Positions 13,321 to 24,559 of a stretch of 64,000 nucleotides of DNA are shown in pieces; position 1 is the first letter of the stretch, and the number at the start of each line of letters is the position of its first letter. Below the pieces are notes generated by a model. It had not been told where the DNA came from, made no database searches, and was given only the letters and a program-made list of their open reading frames with translations. The position numbers and the translations under genes are program-made. Location: assembly GCA_052327205.1 (NCBI GenBank), contig CM126217.1:38750001-38814000 (forward strand), in the 5' to 3' direction. Source of the DNA: Somniosus microcephalus (lineage: Eukaryota).

Positions 13321-14644
13321 GCACTGCAGAATCAAGCTGGAGATATGCAGGGAAATCTTTCAATTATAATGGGGGAATTACATCTTTGAAGTGACTTTAA
13401 AGTTTAGTATTAAACTAAACTGTATTAATGTGGATTATTTTTGTATTAACACAACTCAATTCTTTTAAGCTTTAAACTAGTAAGATGGGGCGAGGGATCT
13501 ACAAGAAATGTAACCAGTCTAAATATAAACAAAACCGGAAGAGCACAGGAAAGAATAAAGTAAGGGAGGACATTCATGGCAAGGGAATATAGTTATAGAA
13601 CAGAAATCTAAAGATGGTTAAACATAGTGAGAATCCCATTAAGAGTTAAACTGTCTGTACAGCAATGCACAGTGTCTCTAATAAAACAGGAGCTGGAGGC
13701 AATCATACATTGTGAGGAACCAGGCACATTAGGGATTACTGAGACATGGCTACAGAAAAATCAGGACTGGGAATTAAACATTGCAGGGTAAAACTTATTT
13801 AGAAAAAGGGGAGGTGGAGTAGCTGTACTTATTAGGGATAACAATGGCAGAAGAAAAAAGTGACGCACATATCAGCAAGACAAATAGAATCCATATGGAT
13901 AGCGATAAAGGACCAATCACACTAATAGATGTAGTCTACAGACCACCTAATAGTGGAAGGGAAGTGGAGGAAGAAATATGCAGACAAATTAGGGAAATGA
14001 GTTTTAAAAAAAAAAAAACAGAATAATAATCATGGGGGATTTCAACTACCCTGATATTAATTGGACAGAAGAGGTAGGCAAAGGGAATTAGGGAATGGCA
14101 TTCCTACAATGTGTACAGGACTCCTTTCTAACCCAGTATGTAAAAAGCCCAACCAGGGAGGATTCGATATTGGATCTAGTAATGGGGAATGAACCAGAGC
14201 AGATAAGAGAAGTAAAGGTAGGGGAACATATAGGAAATGGTGACCATAATACAATATGCTTTATGATAATTAAGGACATAAGTATGATGAAAACCAGGTT
14301 AATAGATTGGAGAAAAGCTGATTTTTTTTTTGAGGGGCTGAGAATAGAACTTGGGGAAACAAAAATGGGTAACAATATTGGCAAACAACTATGTAGAACA
14401 GCAATGGGAAACATTTTTAAGTGTTCAACAGAGTGCAGGAAAAATATATTCCATTAAAAGGAAAGAAACTAAACAATAGAGACTCCATGGATGAATAAAG
14501 CCTTGAAGGTAAGGAAAGAGGCATACATTAAGTACACAGACAGCAGGGGAGTGCATGAGAGTAAATGAAAAGGTTAGGAGAAGCCAAAAAAGAATTAGGA
14601 AGGCAAAGGAACTATGACACTAAATTATCAAGGAACATAAAACA

Positions 14645-15735
14645 AGGTATTGACTTGGATAGAGAACTGGTTGGTGGACAGAAAGCAAAGAGTTGGAATA
14701 AACGGGTCGTTTTCCGAGTGGCAGGCAGTGACTAGTGGGGTACCGCAAGGATCGGTCCTAGGACCCCAGCTATTCACTATATATTATGATCTGGATGAGG
14801 GAATTGGATGTAATATCTCCAAATTTGCAGATGACACAAAGCTGGGTGGGAGGGTAAGCTCTGAGGAGGATGTCGTGAAACTCCAGTACGATTTGGACAG
14901 ATTGGGTGATTGGGCAGAAACATGGCAAATGCACTACATAATGTGGATAAATGTGAGGTTGTCCACTTTGGTGGCAAAAACAGGAAGGCAGATTATTTGA
15001 ATGGCAATAGATTGGGAGAAGGGGCAGTGCAGAGAGACCTGGGTGTTCTTGTGCACCAGTCGCTGAAGGTAAGCATGCAGGTGCAGCAGGCGGTTAAGAA
15101 GGCAAATGGTATGTTGGCCTTTGTAGCGAGAGGGTTCGAGTACAGGAACAAGGATGTCTTGCTGCAGTTGTACAGGGCCTTGGTGAGACCACACCTTGAG
15201 TATTGTGTGCAGTTTTGGTCACCTTACCTGAGGAAGGCTGTTGCCATGGAAGGAGTGCAGCGAAGATTCACCAGGCTGATACCTGGGATGGCAGGAATGC
15301 CGTATGAGGAGAGATTGTGTCGATTGGGCTTATACTCACTGGAGTCTAGAAGATTGAGAGGGGATCTCATCGAAACCTATAAAATTCTGTCAGGCCTGGA
15401 CAGACTAGATGCAGGAAGGATGTTTGATGGCCGGGGAGTCCAGAACCAGGGGTCATAGTCTAAGGATAAGGGGTAAGCCATTTAGGACTGATGAGGAGGA
15501 ATTTCTTCACCCAGAGAGTGGTGAACCTGTGGAATTCTCTGCCACAGAGGGCGGTGGAGGCCAGTTCATTAAATATATTCAAGGAGTTAGATATATTTCT
15601 TAAGGCTAAAGGGATATGGGGAGAAAGCAGGGACAGGGTACTGAATTTGGATGATCAGCCATGATCTCATTGAATGGCGGAGTGGGCTCGAAGGGCTGAA
15701 TGACTGACCTCCTCCTATCTTCTGTGTTTCTATGT
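14645..15735 (+). mobile_element. Younger 5'-truncated CR1 (HER1-type) nested in the old CR1
   Basis: ORFs 14650-15000 and 14910-15458 are nearly identical to the 58052-60118 family. Ends in the typical 3' UTR and tctatgt tail. Confidence 0.9.
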
Positions 15736-16408
15736 AAAATATTTTATAGGCACATTAAGGGATAGTTGGGACAATACCACAAGTAACAATAAAGAAATGG
15801 CAGAAATATTAAATAATTTTGCTTCAGTATTTACCAGGGAGATGGAACAGGCATGATCTTATTGAATGGCGGAGCAGGCTCAAGTGGCCAAATGGCTTAC
15901 TCCTGCTCCTATGTCTTGTTATGTAGGTGGACATGACATTGGATGATAATGAGAAGTGCATTTAAAATAAAAAGGGATATATTAAATAAATTAATCAAAC
16001 TCCGAGGATAAAACCCCTGGTCTGGATGGATTGCATCCATGTATTTTAGAAGAATCTAGGGAAGAGATAGCTGAGGCATTACTATGCATATTTAATAATT
16101 TGTTAGAAAAAGGTATAGTGTCAGAGGACTAGTGGATAGCTAACTTAATACCGATATTTAAGAAGGGGGATAGAACATGTCCAGGGAATTATAGACCAGT
16201 CAGCTTAATATCAGTGGTAGGAAAAATAATGGAATCCCTACTAAAGGAGAAAATAAGAACATCTAGAAACCAAAAATATAATAATGAATAGTCAACATGG
16301 ATTTCAAAAGGGAAAGTCTTGCTTGACCAAACTTATTGAATTTTTTGAAGCGGTAACCGAGGACAATGGTAATGCAGTAGATGTAATTTATCTGGATTTT
16401 CAAAAGGC

Positions 16409-16770
16409 CTAGTGGTTAGCACTGTTGCCTCACAGCGCCAGGGACCCGGGTTCAAATCCGGCCTCGGGTGACTGTCTGTGTGGAGTTTGCACATTCTCCG
16501 TGTTTGTGTGGGTTTCCTCCGGGTGCTCTGGTTTCCTCCCATAGTCCAAAGATGTGCGGGTTAGGTTGATTGTCCATGATTAAAAATTGACCCTTCGTGT
16601 TGGGGGGGATTAAATACGTGGGGTTGCGGGGTTACAGGGATAGGGCTTGGGTGGGATGGCTGTCGGTGTAGGGACCGGGTGCTGGGGTTTGGATGATCAG
16701 CCATGATCTCATTGAATGGCGGAGCAGGCTCGAATGGCCTACTCCTGCTCCTATCTTCTATGTTTCTATA
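16409..16770 (+). mobile_element. V-SINE (HE1-like): tRNA-derived head, V-domain, CR1-derived 3' tail
   Basis: A/B-box head (tagtggttagc...ggttcaaatcc), V-domain (gtctgtgtggagtttgcacattctcc...gggtttcctccgggtgctctggtttcctccc) and CR1 tail (gatcagccatgatctcattgaatggcggagcagg). Splits the host CR1 motif DFQKA/FDKVPH. Confidence 0.88.
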
Positions 16771-17965
16771 AGGTACCCCATAATAGACTGATGAACAAGG
16801 TCAGAGAATGCAGAATCAGGGGACAAGTAGCAGAATGGATTGCTGGCTGGCTTCAGGACAGAGAGCGTAGGAGTAAAGGGTAGCTATTCAGTGGCAGAAG
16901 TTGGGTAATGGTCCACAAGGATCAGTGCTGGGATCACTGCTGTTCACAATTTACATTAATGATTTTGACTTGGGAATCAAAAACACTTTTTAAATTTGCA
17001 CATGACACCAAATTGGTGGGGATAGTCAATACTGAGGAGGACTGCAACAAGTTAGAGGACATTAATAAATGAAGTTCAACACCGATAAATGTGAGGTATT
17101 ACATTTTGGTAGGGAGGTCACATCACTTGGAGGATGCGAGTCCAGGTGGGGAGAGGAACCAAGGGATCGGAGTACAAATGCACAAATCACAAAGTTGTGC
17201 CACAAGTTAGCAAGGCCATTAAAAAAAGCAAACCAAACACTAGGGTTTATTTCTAGAGGGATAGAATTGAAAAGTAGGGAAGTTATGCTAAACCTGTATC
17301 GAACCTTGGTTAGACCACACTTGGAGTACTGCGTACAGTTCTGGTCGCCATATTATAAAAAGGATAGAGGCACCGGCGAGGGTGTGGAGAAGATTTACAA
17401 TGATACTACCAGAAATGAGGGTATACATATCTCGTGAAAAAAGAAGGCTGAGGGGTGACCTAATAGGTCTTTAAAATTATGAAAGGTTTTGATAGAGTGG
17501 ATACAGAGAATGTTTCCACTTGTGGGGAAGAGCATAACTGGAAGAGCATAACTAGAGGCCATCAATATAAGATAGTCACCAAGAAATCCAGTAGGGAATT
17601 CAGAAGAAACTTCTTTACCCAGAGATGTGGAACTCGCTACCACGGAGTGGTTGAAGCAAATAGTATAGATATATTTAAGGGGAGGCTGAACAAGCATGAA
17701 GAGAAGGGAATAGATGAGGAAAGATGGGAGGAGGCTTGAGTGGAGCATAAACACCGGCATGGACTGGTTGGATCGAATGTCCTGTTTGTGCTGTATATCC
17801 TGTGTAAAACAAAACTTAACATTACTTTTGATTTTTGTAATTTCTCTCTTCCACCCCCCCCCCCCCCCTCACAGGGTTTTGGAGTCCCACTTCACATGAT
17901 GATTCCTGAATCTGTTTGGGGAGCTAGTGTTGAGTCCATTTTGTAACATTTTTATTTGTCTCCAG

Positions 17966-18098
17966 CTCCTGAACCTGCAGTTATTGATACTTGGCCAGGT
18001 GAGAGGACTGGAGGAATGGTGGTGATCACAACTATTCTAGTCATCCTTCTCGCTCTTATCCTCGGTGCCTTTGTCACTTTGCTGATGTATATGTTTTG
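17966..18098 (+). CDS. UPK3: Uroplakin-3-like exon 5 (APEPAVIDTWPGERTGGMVVITTILVILLALILGAFVTLLMYMF; transmembrane)
   Basis: TCCAG acceptor, 133 nt, phase 1-2, GTGAGT donor. IDTWPG.R.GGM.VIT.IL is the diagnostic UPK2/UPK3 juxtamembrane motif. Confidence 0.94.
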
Positions 18099-19009
18099 GT
18101 GAGTATTCCTAGAATAAGCATGAGGAAAAAAAAAAAGTGGGTGGTCTTGAATGATATTTCTACATAGTGCTGTTTCCTGTTTTTCTACATGGTGCTTTTT
18201 CCTGTAACCTGATATTTAAAGGGTAGTAACATGGTTCCAACAGGAAGCCAGGTAAAGATAGGGCTGCAAAATTGTTGCCTCAAATCCCACAACCTTTGCT
18301 CACCACCAATGTGGCTACACGTTGGCTGAATTGCCCCTCAAGTCTTGCTTGCAAGATAAGCATCTTGGTAATTTTTTGATTTCTCTGATCTTCTCTGCTT
18401 AAAGTGGTGATTGGTGCAGACAAGTTTCTGGTACCTTGCCCAAGTATAAAGATCAGCAAGTGTATCCTTGTGTGTAGAGAAAGAGCTGGGAGTTGCAGGC
18501 AAGCTCAGTCTGGTCCTTATGACATGTAGTGTTGCAGTCTTCAGTGATCACTGGATAGTGATCAGAAATAGAAATGCATGCTCTTCTGCATATGTTATCC
18601 ACCCTTCCTTGCCCAAGTTTAAGGATACTGTTATCTGGTAACTGCATGTTTCTTTCCCTATTAGTGAACCAGCAGGATTTTTACAAGTGACTGCTTCATG
18701 GTCACTTTTACCAGCATTATTGGTAAACTGAATTTAATTTTCCAAAGTGAGATTTGAGCTTGTGTCCTCTCTTTAGTCCAGCCTCTAGATTACGAGTCCA
18801 GTAACAAAACCATTACACTACCACTACCCCCCCCTGGAGCTGTTCTATTGGCTTCCCCTTCCTTAACCATTGTTGAAGTTGTTGCTTATTTCCCAATTAC
18901 CGGCTGTAGTTAGTCACAGCTAAGATCACTTATGGAAAAGTGTCTTAACATTGACAGCTGGGGTTGTGAACATGTCTTTTTCTTTCCAGAGTAGTTTCTG
19001 AACTTGCAT

Positions 19010-19340
19010 TTAAGAACATAAGAAATAGGAGCAGGTGTAGGCCAATCGGCCCCTCGAGCCTGCTCCACCATTCAATAAGATCATGGCTGATCTGATCCTA
19101 ACCTCAAATCTTCTATCACTCTGCATCCACCCGAACCCATGTGATCTCCCGGGAGAGGCGAAAAACCAGAAAGACCCAATGGCCAATTTGGGAGAAAAAA
19201 AATCTGGGAAATTCCTCTCCGACCCATCTAGGCGATTGAAATTCTTCCAGGAGATCACTCTGTCCCTATATTTTCTACAGTACTTACCTTCTGTAAAGGC
19301 GATCTCCACCCCAGCCAGGAACAGGAATAAAACCATCTCC
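19010..19340 (-). mobile_element. CR1-type 3' tail joined to a structured CR1 3'-UTR-like module
   Basis: aagaacataagaaataggagcagg... tail at 19010-19095; 12-bp inverted repeat 19141-19152 / 19247-19258. Confidence 0.55.
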
Positions 19341-20493
19341 TGAAATCTAACACAGAATTAGAACACAGTAGGAGCAGAACAAGGCTACATGGCCCCTGGG
19401 CCCACTCCACTACCCACAGGGCCATGACCATTGTATAATGCTTAACTGTCATTTCCAGGTCGGGCAGAAGGTACCTCAACATCTTGCTCTGAAAATTGAG
19501 TGTGCAAAATACGTTTATCCAAAAACACTGGTCTATCATACCCCTAGTGCCTCACTGTCGATAAATGGTTTATTGAAATTGCACTTTTCTATAATGTTGC
19601 CAATCTGATGTAATAATCTCCCTTCTATAGTCTGCATGAAGAAAGCCCTGCAGTGGAGCAGCAGCCAGCTCCAAGGAACTATCTTGCACATCACAGAAAC
19701 CTTGGCTTTTCTGAAAGTATCTATGCAGATCCAACCAAAGCTGTCGCCCAACAGCCACCTGAGCCAGAGCGTTACCAATCTACTGTTGAAGCTTCTCCAG
19801 CTCCAGTGCAAGATAGTTGAAAGATCCAAGAGATGCAAGTATATATATCTCAATTTGCTATTGTGCACTCTTGGGTTGCTGCACATTCAGGATCCCAAAC
19901 TTTTTGGTCAAATGCTAGAGATTAGAGAAAATAAACCAACAGCTGGATTAAGAGAACCTGCCATTACTTTACAGCACTTGTATCTACTGGGACTGCAGTC
20001 TAAATCCTCCATTCAAGATTCCACTTTACTGCAGCAGTCAAACATTCCATTGTTGAGGATCTCATGAACCTGGCAGTTCCATTTGCCGAAGATGATTTAT
20101 GGGCTTCAGTTGTTGAAGCCTGAGATTGAGAACACTTGCACTTGCTTTGGAACACTTCTGGAAAGGTGGTTTAATCTGAGTTAAATATTCTAATCCATCT
20201 TCTATCTCCTTGCTGGATACTGGGGCACTATTATCCCTCTAGTGCCTTGCTCTAGTGGCCATTATTCATGATGAATGTTGCAGGCCACAGCTGCATTGAA
20301 TCTTTCCTCACCTGAAGTGTGCACATGCATACTTTGGCAGAGGTGACCATCTAGGGGCTTAAAAAAAAATCCTTCCTTAGCCCAGAGGCACTGGGACTAA
20401 CTAGTGACAGTACTGCTACCATGGCTGAGATCAGCCATTCAATGTAGATTGGTGATCAGACCTAGTCTGCATCAATGAGATGGAGATTTTACA

Positions 20494-20682
20494 AAATGAT
20501 GCTGGAAATCTGAAATAAAAACCAAATGCTGGAGATACTCAGCAGGTCAGGCAGGTGAAGAGAGGAACAGAGTTAAAGTTTCAGGTCGATGACAAAAGGT
20601 CATCAACCTGAAACATTAACTCTTTCTCTTCACAGATGTTGCCTGACCTGCTGTGAGTATCTCCAGCATTTTCTGTTTCTAT
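20494..20682. mobile_element. Palindromic Penelope-like pLTR insert with 13-bp TSD (degenerate hammerhead cores)
   Basis: Arms tgctggagatactcagcaggtcaggca...gtttcaggtc / cctgaaacattaactct...tgcctgacctgctg..gagtatctccagca. TSD TGGAGATTTTACA at 20481-20493 and 20683-20695. Confidence 0.8.
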
Positions 20683-20979
20683 TGGAGATTTTACATCCCT
20701 GTGGTATGGATGTCTGGTTTAAATAATTGTAGGGGCAAAATGGATTTTTGCCAAATTAGGTTGTTTTACATGTAGGTTGTTTTACATTTCTGTGATGTAG
20801 GTTGTTTTACATTTCTGTAATGTAGGACTCCAAATTAATCTCCAAATTTAGTGTAGAATGAGATGAAGGTCTCCTAGCTGTAAAGCAGAAGTAGTGGAGG
20901 CAGTACTTACCAAATTGTAGCAAGTGTGTTTTTTGAGGAGAGGGGGAGGCGGATGATGTTTCAAAATGCAGGAAGGTAT

Positions 20980-21262
20980 TTATTTTTATTTGTTTATGGG
21001 ATCAGGGCATCGCTGGCAATGCCAGCATTTATTGCCCATCCCTAGTTGCCCCTTGAGAAGGTGGTGAGCTGCCACCTTGAACCGCTGCAGTCCGTGTGGT
21101 GAAGGTGCTCCCACAGTGCTGTTAGGTAGGGAGTTCCAGGATTTTGACTGACTATGAAGGATCGGCGATATACTTCCAAGTCAGGATGGTGTGTGACTTG
21201 GAGGTGGTGATGTTCCCATGTGCCTGCTGCCCTTGTCCTTCTCGGTGGAAGGAGTTGCAGGT
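20980..21262 (-). mobile_element. LINE (CR1/L2 group) 3' end fragment
   Basis: The minus strand ends gggcaataaatgctggcattgccagcgatgccc-atccca-aaataaaaataaa. The same tail occurs on the SINE at 54481-54856. Confidence 0.7.
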
Positions 21263-21423
21263 ATATCCTGTATTCAGCCAATGCCTGTCATAAGTGCATC
21301 TTTTCTCTTTGACTGGACATGGATGTTTTTTGGGTAGGGAGAGACAGGGACACCAGCTGCACTGTTGGAATTACTGAAGCATGATGGCATTTAAATTTAA
21401 AGTAACCTTAATTCTCCTTTTAG

Positions 21424-21436
21424 GGCCAGTGATTAA
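21424..21436 (+). CDS. UPK3: Probable terminal coding exon 6 of the UPK3-like gene (W-A-S-D-stop), followed by ~230-nt 3' UTR
   Basis: ccttaattctcctttTAG acceptor gives the in-phase TG|G GCC AGT GAT TAA. AATAAA at 21646-21651 is followed by GT/T-rich sequence. Too short for homology support. Confidence 0.55.
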
Positions 21437-21645
21437 AAATGAAGACTCTCTGAAGATTAATGACTGGGCAGCAGAAGTACTGATCAACTACACTGGTGAC
21501 TTTGTATTCTGCCAGGGTAAATGCATAATTGTTGGAGCCCAAACTTGCTTTTAGAACCCCTGTTTGACCGTGACTACAGGGATAGTTAAATTCTCACTGA
21601 CTTGGCTCAATTTTTGTATGGTGTTTTCTTGTATACATTACTTAC

Positions 21646-21651
21646 AATAAA
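21646..21651 (+). terminator. Polyadenylation signal of the UPK3-like gene
   Basis: AATAAA 210 nt after the predicted stop, with TG/T-rich downstream sequence. Confidence 0.5.
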
Positions 21652-23254
21652 GTATCTTTCTGTGTAGCTTGAGTCGCTGTATTTTTAACTGAATTATCTT
21701 TTTTGCCTCCCTTTTACAATGACCTGTACGTCCATGAGGATTGTCTCTGGCCCAGGTGATCTAGTACAATGGCTATCTTTCTTCAACTCTATTTTCTCCT
21801 CTCCTAAAGGTATTTCTTACTGTAATAATCTTCCATTGATTCCAGTTGCCCATCAGTACATTGCTTTAAAACATTTATTTGTGAGCCTGGATGTTGTTGG
21901 CAAGCTGGACTGTGGGGGCATCATGACTGAGCCAGATCTGTTCTAGTTGAACAATCCACTGTTAAGTAGGAGAAAGCGGGTCGGCAGGATTGAAGTGCTA
22001 CCAAAAGAAGGACTTTTGGACACCGATCAGGAGTTGATGAAACCAAGATGTTGAGGTGGGCAGAGTGTGGAATAATGACTTCAAAATGATGGAGTAGAGG
22101 GTGTGGGAAATGGAGTAGTTCCATGTGTGTGCGCACGTGCTTTTGGGGAGCAGCGTCCAGATCTCTGGGGTAAAAGGGCTTCCTGACATCGCTCCCAAAT
22201 GGCCCAATTATGCTTGTGTGTGGTTTGGTGCCTAAAACTGAACACTGTACTCCAGGTGGGTTCTGACTAAGGCTCTAAGCAGCACTTGCCAATCTGAACA
22301 TTCCCATTACCCTTACTCTGTCTCCTACCTCCCAACCAATTGCCAACACATCTCGATGTATTCAGTTCTCTGCCTGAGAAGAGAGACTGCCATGTTTACA
22401 TCTGTGAATGGACCAGCAGAGGGACAGAAACGGTAAACCCAGTTTTGCCAACTTACTACTGGAAGTCTGTCCATTCTGATTTTCAGGTGGACTTCAATTG
22501 AGGCGGCAACACTTCTAACAGGCGGGGCTCTCAAATGTTTGTAAAAGGGAGTAAAGTAAAATGAGATCCCAATGCTGATAAAATGCTAAATGGTCTGGGA
22601 GATGTTTTGCTGGTATTGGGTAGTGATTTTTTGGTTACTTCAATGATTTTAAACTGCCAGGTTATGTAACTTCCAGAACACACTCTAGGGGCTTCTGGCA
22701 ATGTACTTGGTGGTGCTGCTGATTCCAGCAACTCCATTCTGGCAGGAGGAGGCGGGAACTGCGACAGGAAGAAGCAGCAAACCACTGCAGGGATACCAAA
22801 TAGCAGGAGGTATGCTCACAGGAATCCTTAAGAGTTGAAAGGCAAAGGACAACAGACCTATGCCTTTTTGTGTGATTTCTTGGAATAGGGTGGGGCTGAA
22901 GTTGGTTGGAATCATCTCTGGTTGTTTAGTACAGAATTGCTCTAGGATGCTTCTAGCTGACGACAGTTATTCAGTGGCCTAGCTGTCAAAAATTACTTCT
23001 ATAAAATGTGGAAGTATTTTGAACCAGTGTGGTTCAACTTTTTTACCTTTTTTTTAAGGCTAGCACATTTTTGTTTTCCAATTATATAGATACTACCATA
23101 TTTTCAAATCAAAGTTTTTGTTATAGGTAGAAAATACATTCCCCTCTTTCTCTTTTTTTTCCCCCCCCATTTTTTGTGGCTCAGTGGAATGGAACTAATG
23201 GCATTTTTTATTATGTATATTTTCATGTAAGCAGCATAAACACACATCTCTTTC

Positions 23255-23410
23255 CTTCCCCTCCCCACTTTCCCTGCCCCACACTTGCTTAAAATCTGTT
23301 ACATCTCTAACCTTTTCCAGTTCTGATGAATGGTCATTGACCTGAAATGTTAACTGTTTCTCTCCACATATGCTGCCTGACCTATACTGAGTAGTTCCAG
23401 CACTTTTTTT
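23255..23410 (+). mobile_element. Single-arm Penelope-like pLTR with hammerhead motif at 23318-23356
   Basis: CAGTT-CTGATGA-A-TGGTC-ATT-GACCT-GAAAT-GTT-AACTG, followed by the same arm sequence as the 57.5-kb palindrome. Confidence 0.7.
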
Positions 23411-24559
23411 CTTTGTATGAACATGAACTGGCTTGTGGCTGAACCATTTACAGTGAACTGCCCCCTCTGCTGGCTGTGCCCTAGAAGAACAACCTCCAAG
23501 TTGTTCCTTTTATAATTTTGTACAAAAGGAGATGTTTGTGTTTGAGCAAAGGACACAGGGAAAAAAACAAGGAAGCAAAAGTACTATCTGGCCCTGGGAA
23601 ATGAGATAAAAGGTTGGGATAGACAGATAAAATCTAGAGAAGTAAATAAAGTATTTATTTAAAAAAAAAAAAAAATTGCAGATAAGAAAGCTACAGATAA
23701 GCTGGGATGTAGAACTAATAGCCCACAAGTGACATGATCTGCAAATTCATGACTGGTGAGTCATGGTTGAAAGTATATAGAAGCAGGTTTAATTGAGTCA
23801 CTCTTCACCATAGAGCTTGTTCATTCTCTCTACAGATAGCACTCCCTTAGCACTGCTTGGGAGCGTTAACCTAGATTTTTGTGCTGAAGTGTCTGGACTG
23901 GGACTTGAACCCACAACCTTCTGACTTTGAGGCGAGAGTGCTGCCCACTGAGCCTCGTCTGACACACGTTCAGCAGTGAACCTCAGCTGAACCTTCTTGA
24001 TCTTTAACGATATCCTCAGTAAGAAATCACAACAGAAAAAGATTGAGATATAAGGTGTTATAAAAAAAATAAAACACCTGAAAGTGCTTCACATAAAATT
24101 AATTGATTTCAGAGGCTAATAGGGCAGTCAGTTTATTCACAGCAAGATCCCACAGAGGTGACCAATTCATCTGTTTTTGATGGTGCAAGGTGAATAAGGA
24201 ATATTTACAAGGAAATCAGAACCTTTTAGCAACATAACCAAGTTATAACACACATGACTTTAAAGATTTGTGCAATTTGCTACTGAGAATAATGTATCTG
24301 GATCTTGCAGGTTATACAGGATGCATTCCAGTACTGTATTATACTATGTCATGTGGGTATATAGAAAGGTCATTGTGGCTTTGAATGAGGGAAGGAAAAA
24401 TCAGGCAGGATTCCCACTCCTGATTGATTGTAGCTTCCTCTGAGGAGTCTTCAGGCTCATGCTGTTCCTCTGGGCTAGTGGGGATGGGTGCTTGTGATGG
24501 TTCTGTGGGGGAGTAAAGGAAAGAGTCAGATGTGATGCCAAGGTTACATGCATATTGCA

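Larger units (their letters stand above)
13640..17800 (+). mobile_element. Old CR1 ORF2 remnant (endonuclease to 3' end) interrupted by three younger inserts
   Basis: Broken EN (ITETW, YRPPN, MGDFNYP, GDHN) and RT (QHGF, DFQKA, QGSVLG, LVRPHLEYC) motifs in collinear order. Confidence 0.88.

Noticed and set aside
16409-16470. tRNA gene
   Set aside because: The A/B boxes belong to a V-SINE head; no complete cloverleaf.
18990-19000. Alternative UPK3 last-exon acceptors (tctttccag at ~18989; ctctag at ~22688; ttttctag at ~26274)
   Set aside because: Each also gives a stop within 0-11 codons and lacks the combination of good pyrimidine tract plus nearby non-repeat AATAAA. Not excluded without RNA data.
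19141-19258. Hammerhead ribozyme in the 12-bp-stem module
   Set aside because: GAAA is present near the 3' stem, but there is no CUGANGA core.
19536-20067. Overlapping 116-143-aa ORFs in UPK3 intron 5
   Set aside because: No recognisable domain or splice-compatible structure; probably chance or a decayed repeat.
20757-20826. Short direct repeats (taggttgttttaca x3) as a CRISPR-like array
   Set aside because: Simple local tandem duplication in a vertebrate intron; no unique spacers and no cas genes.
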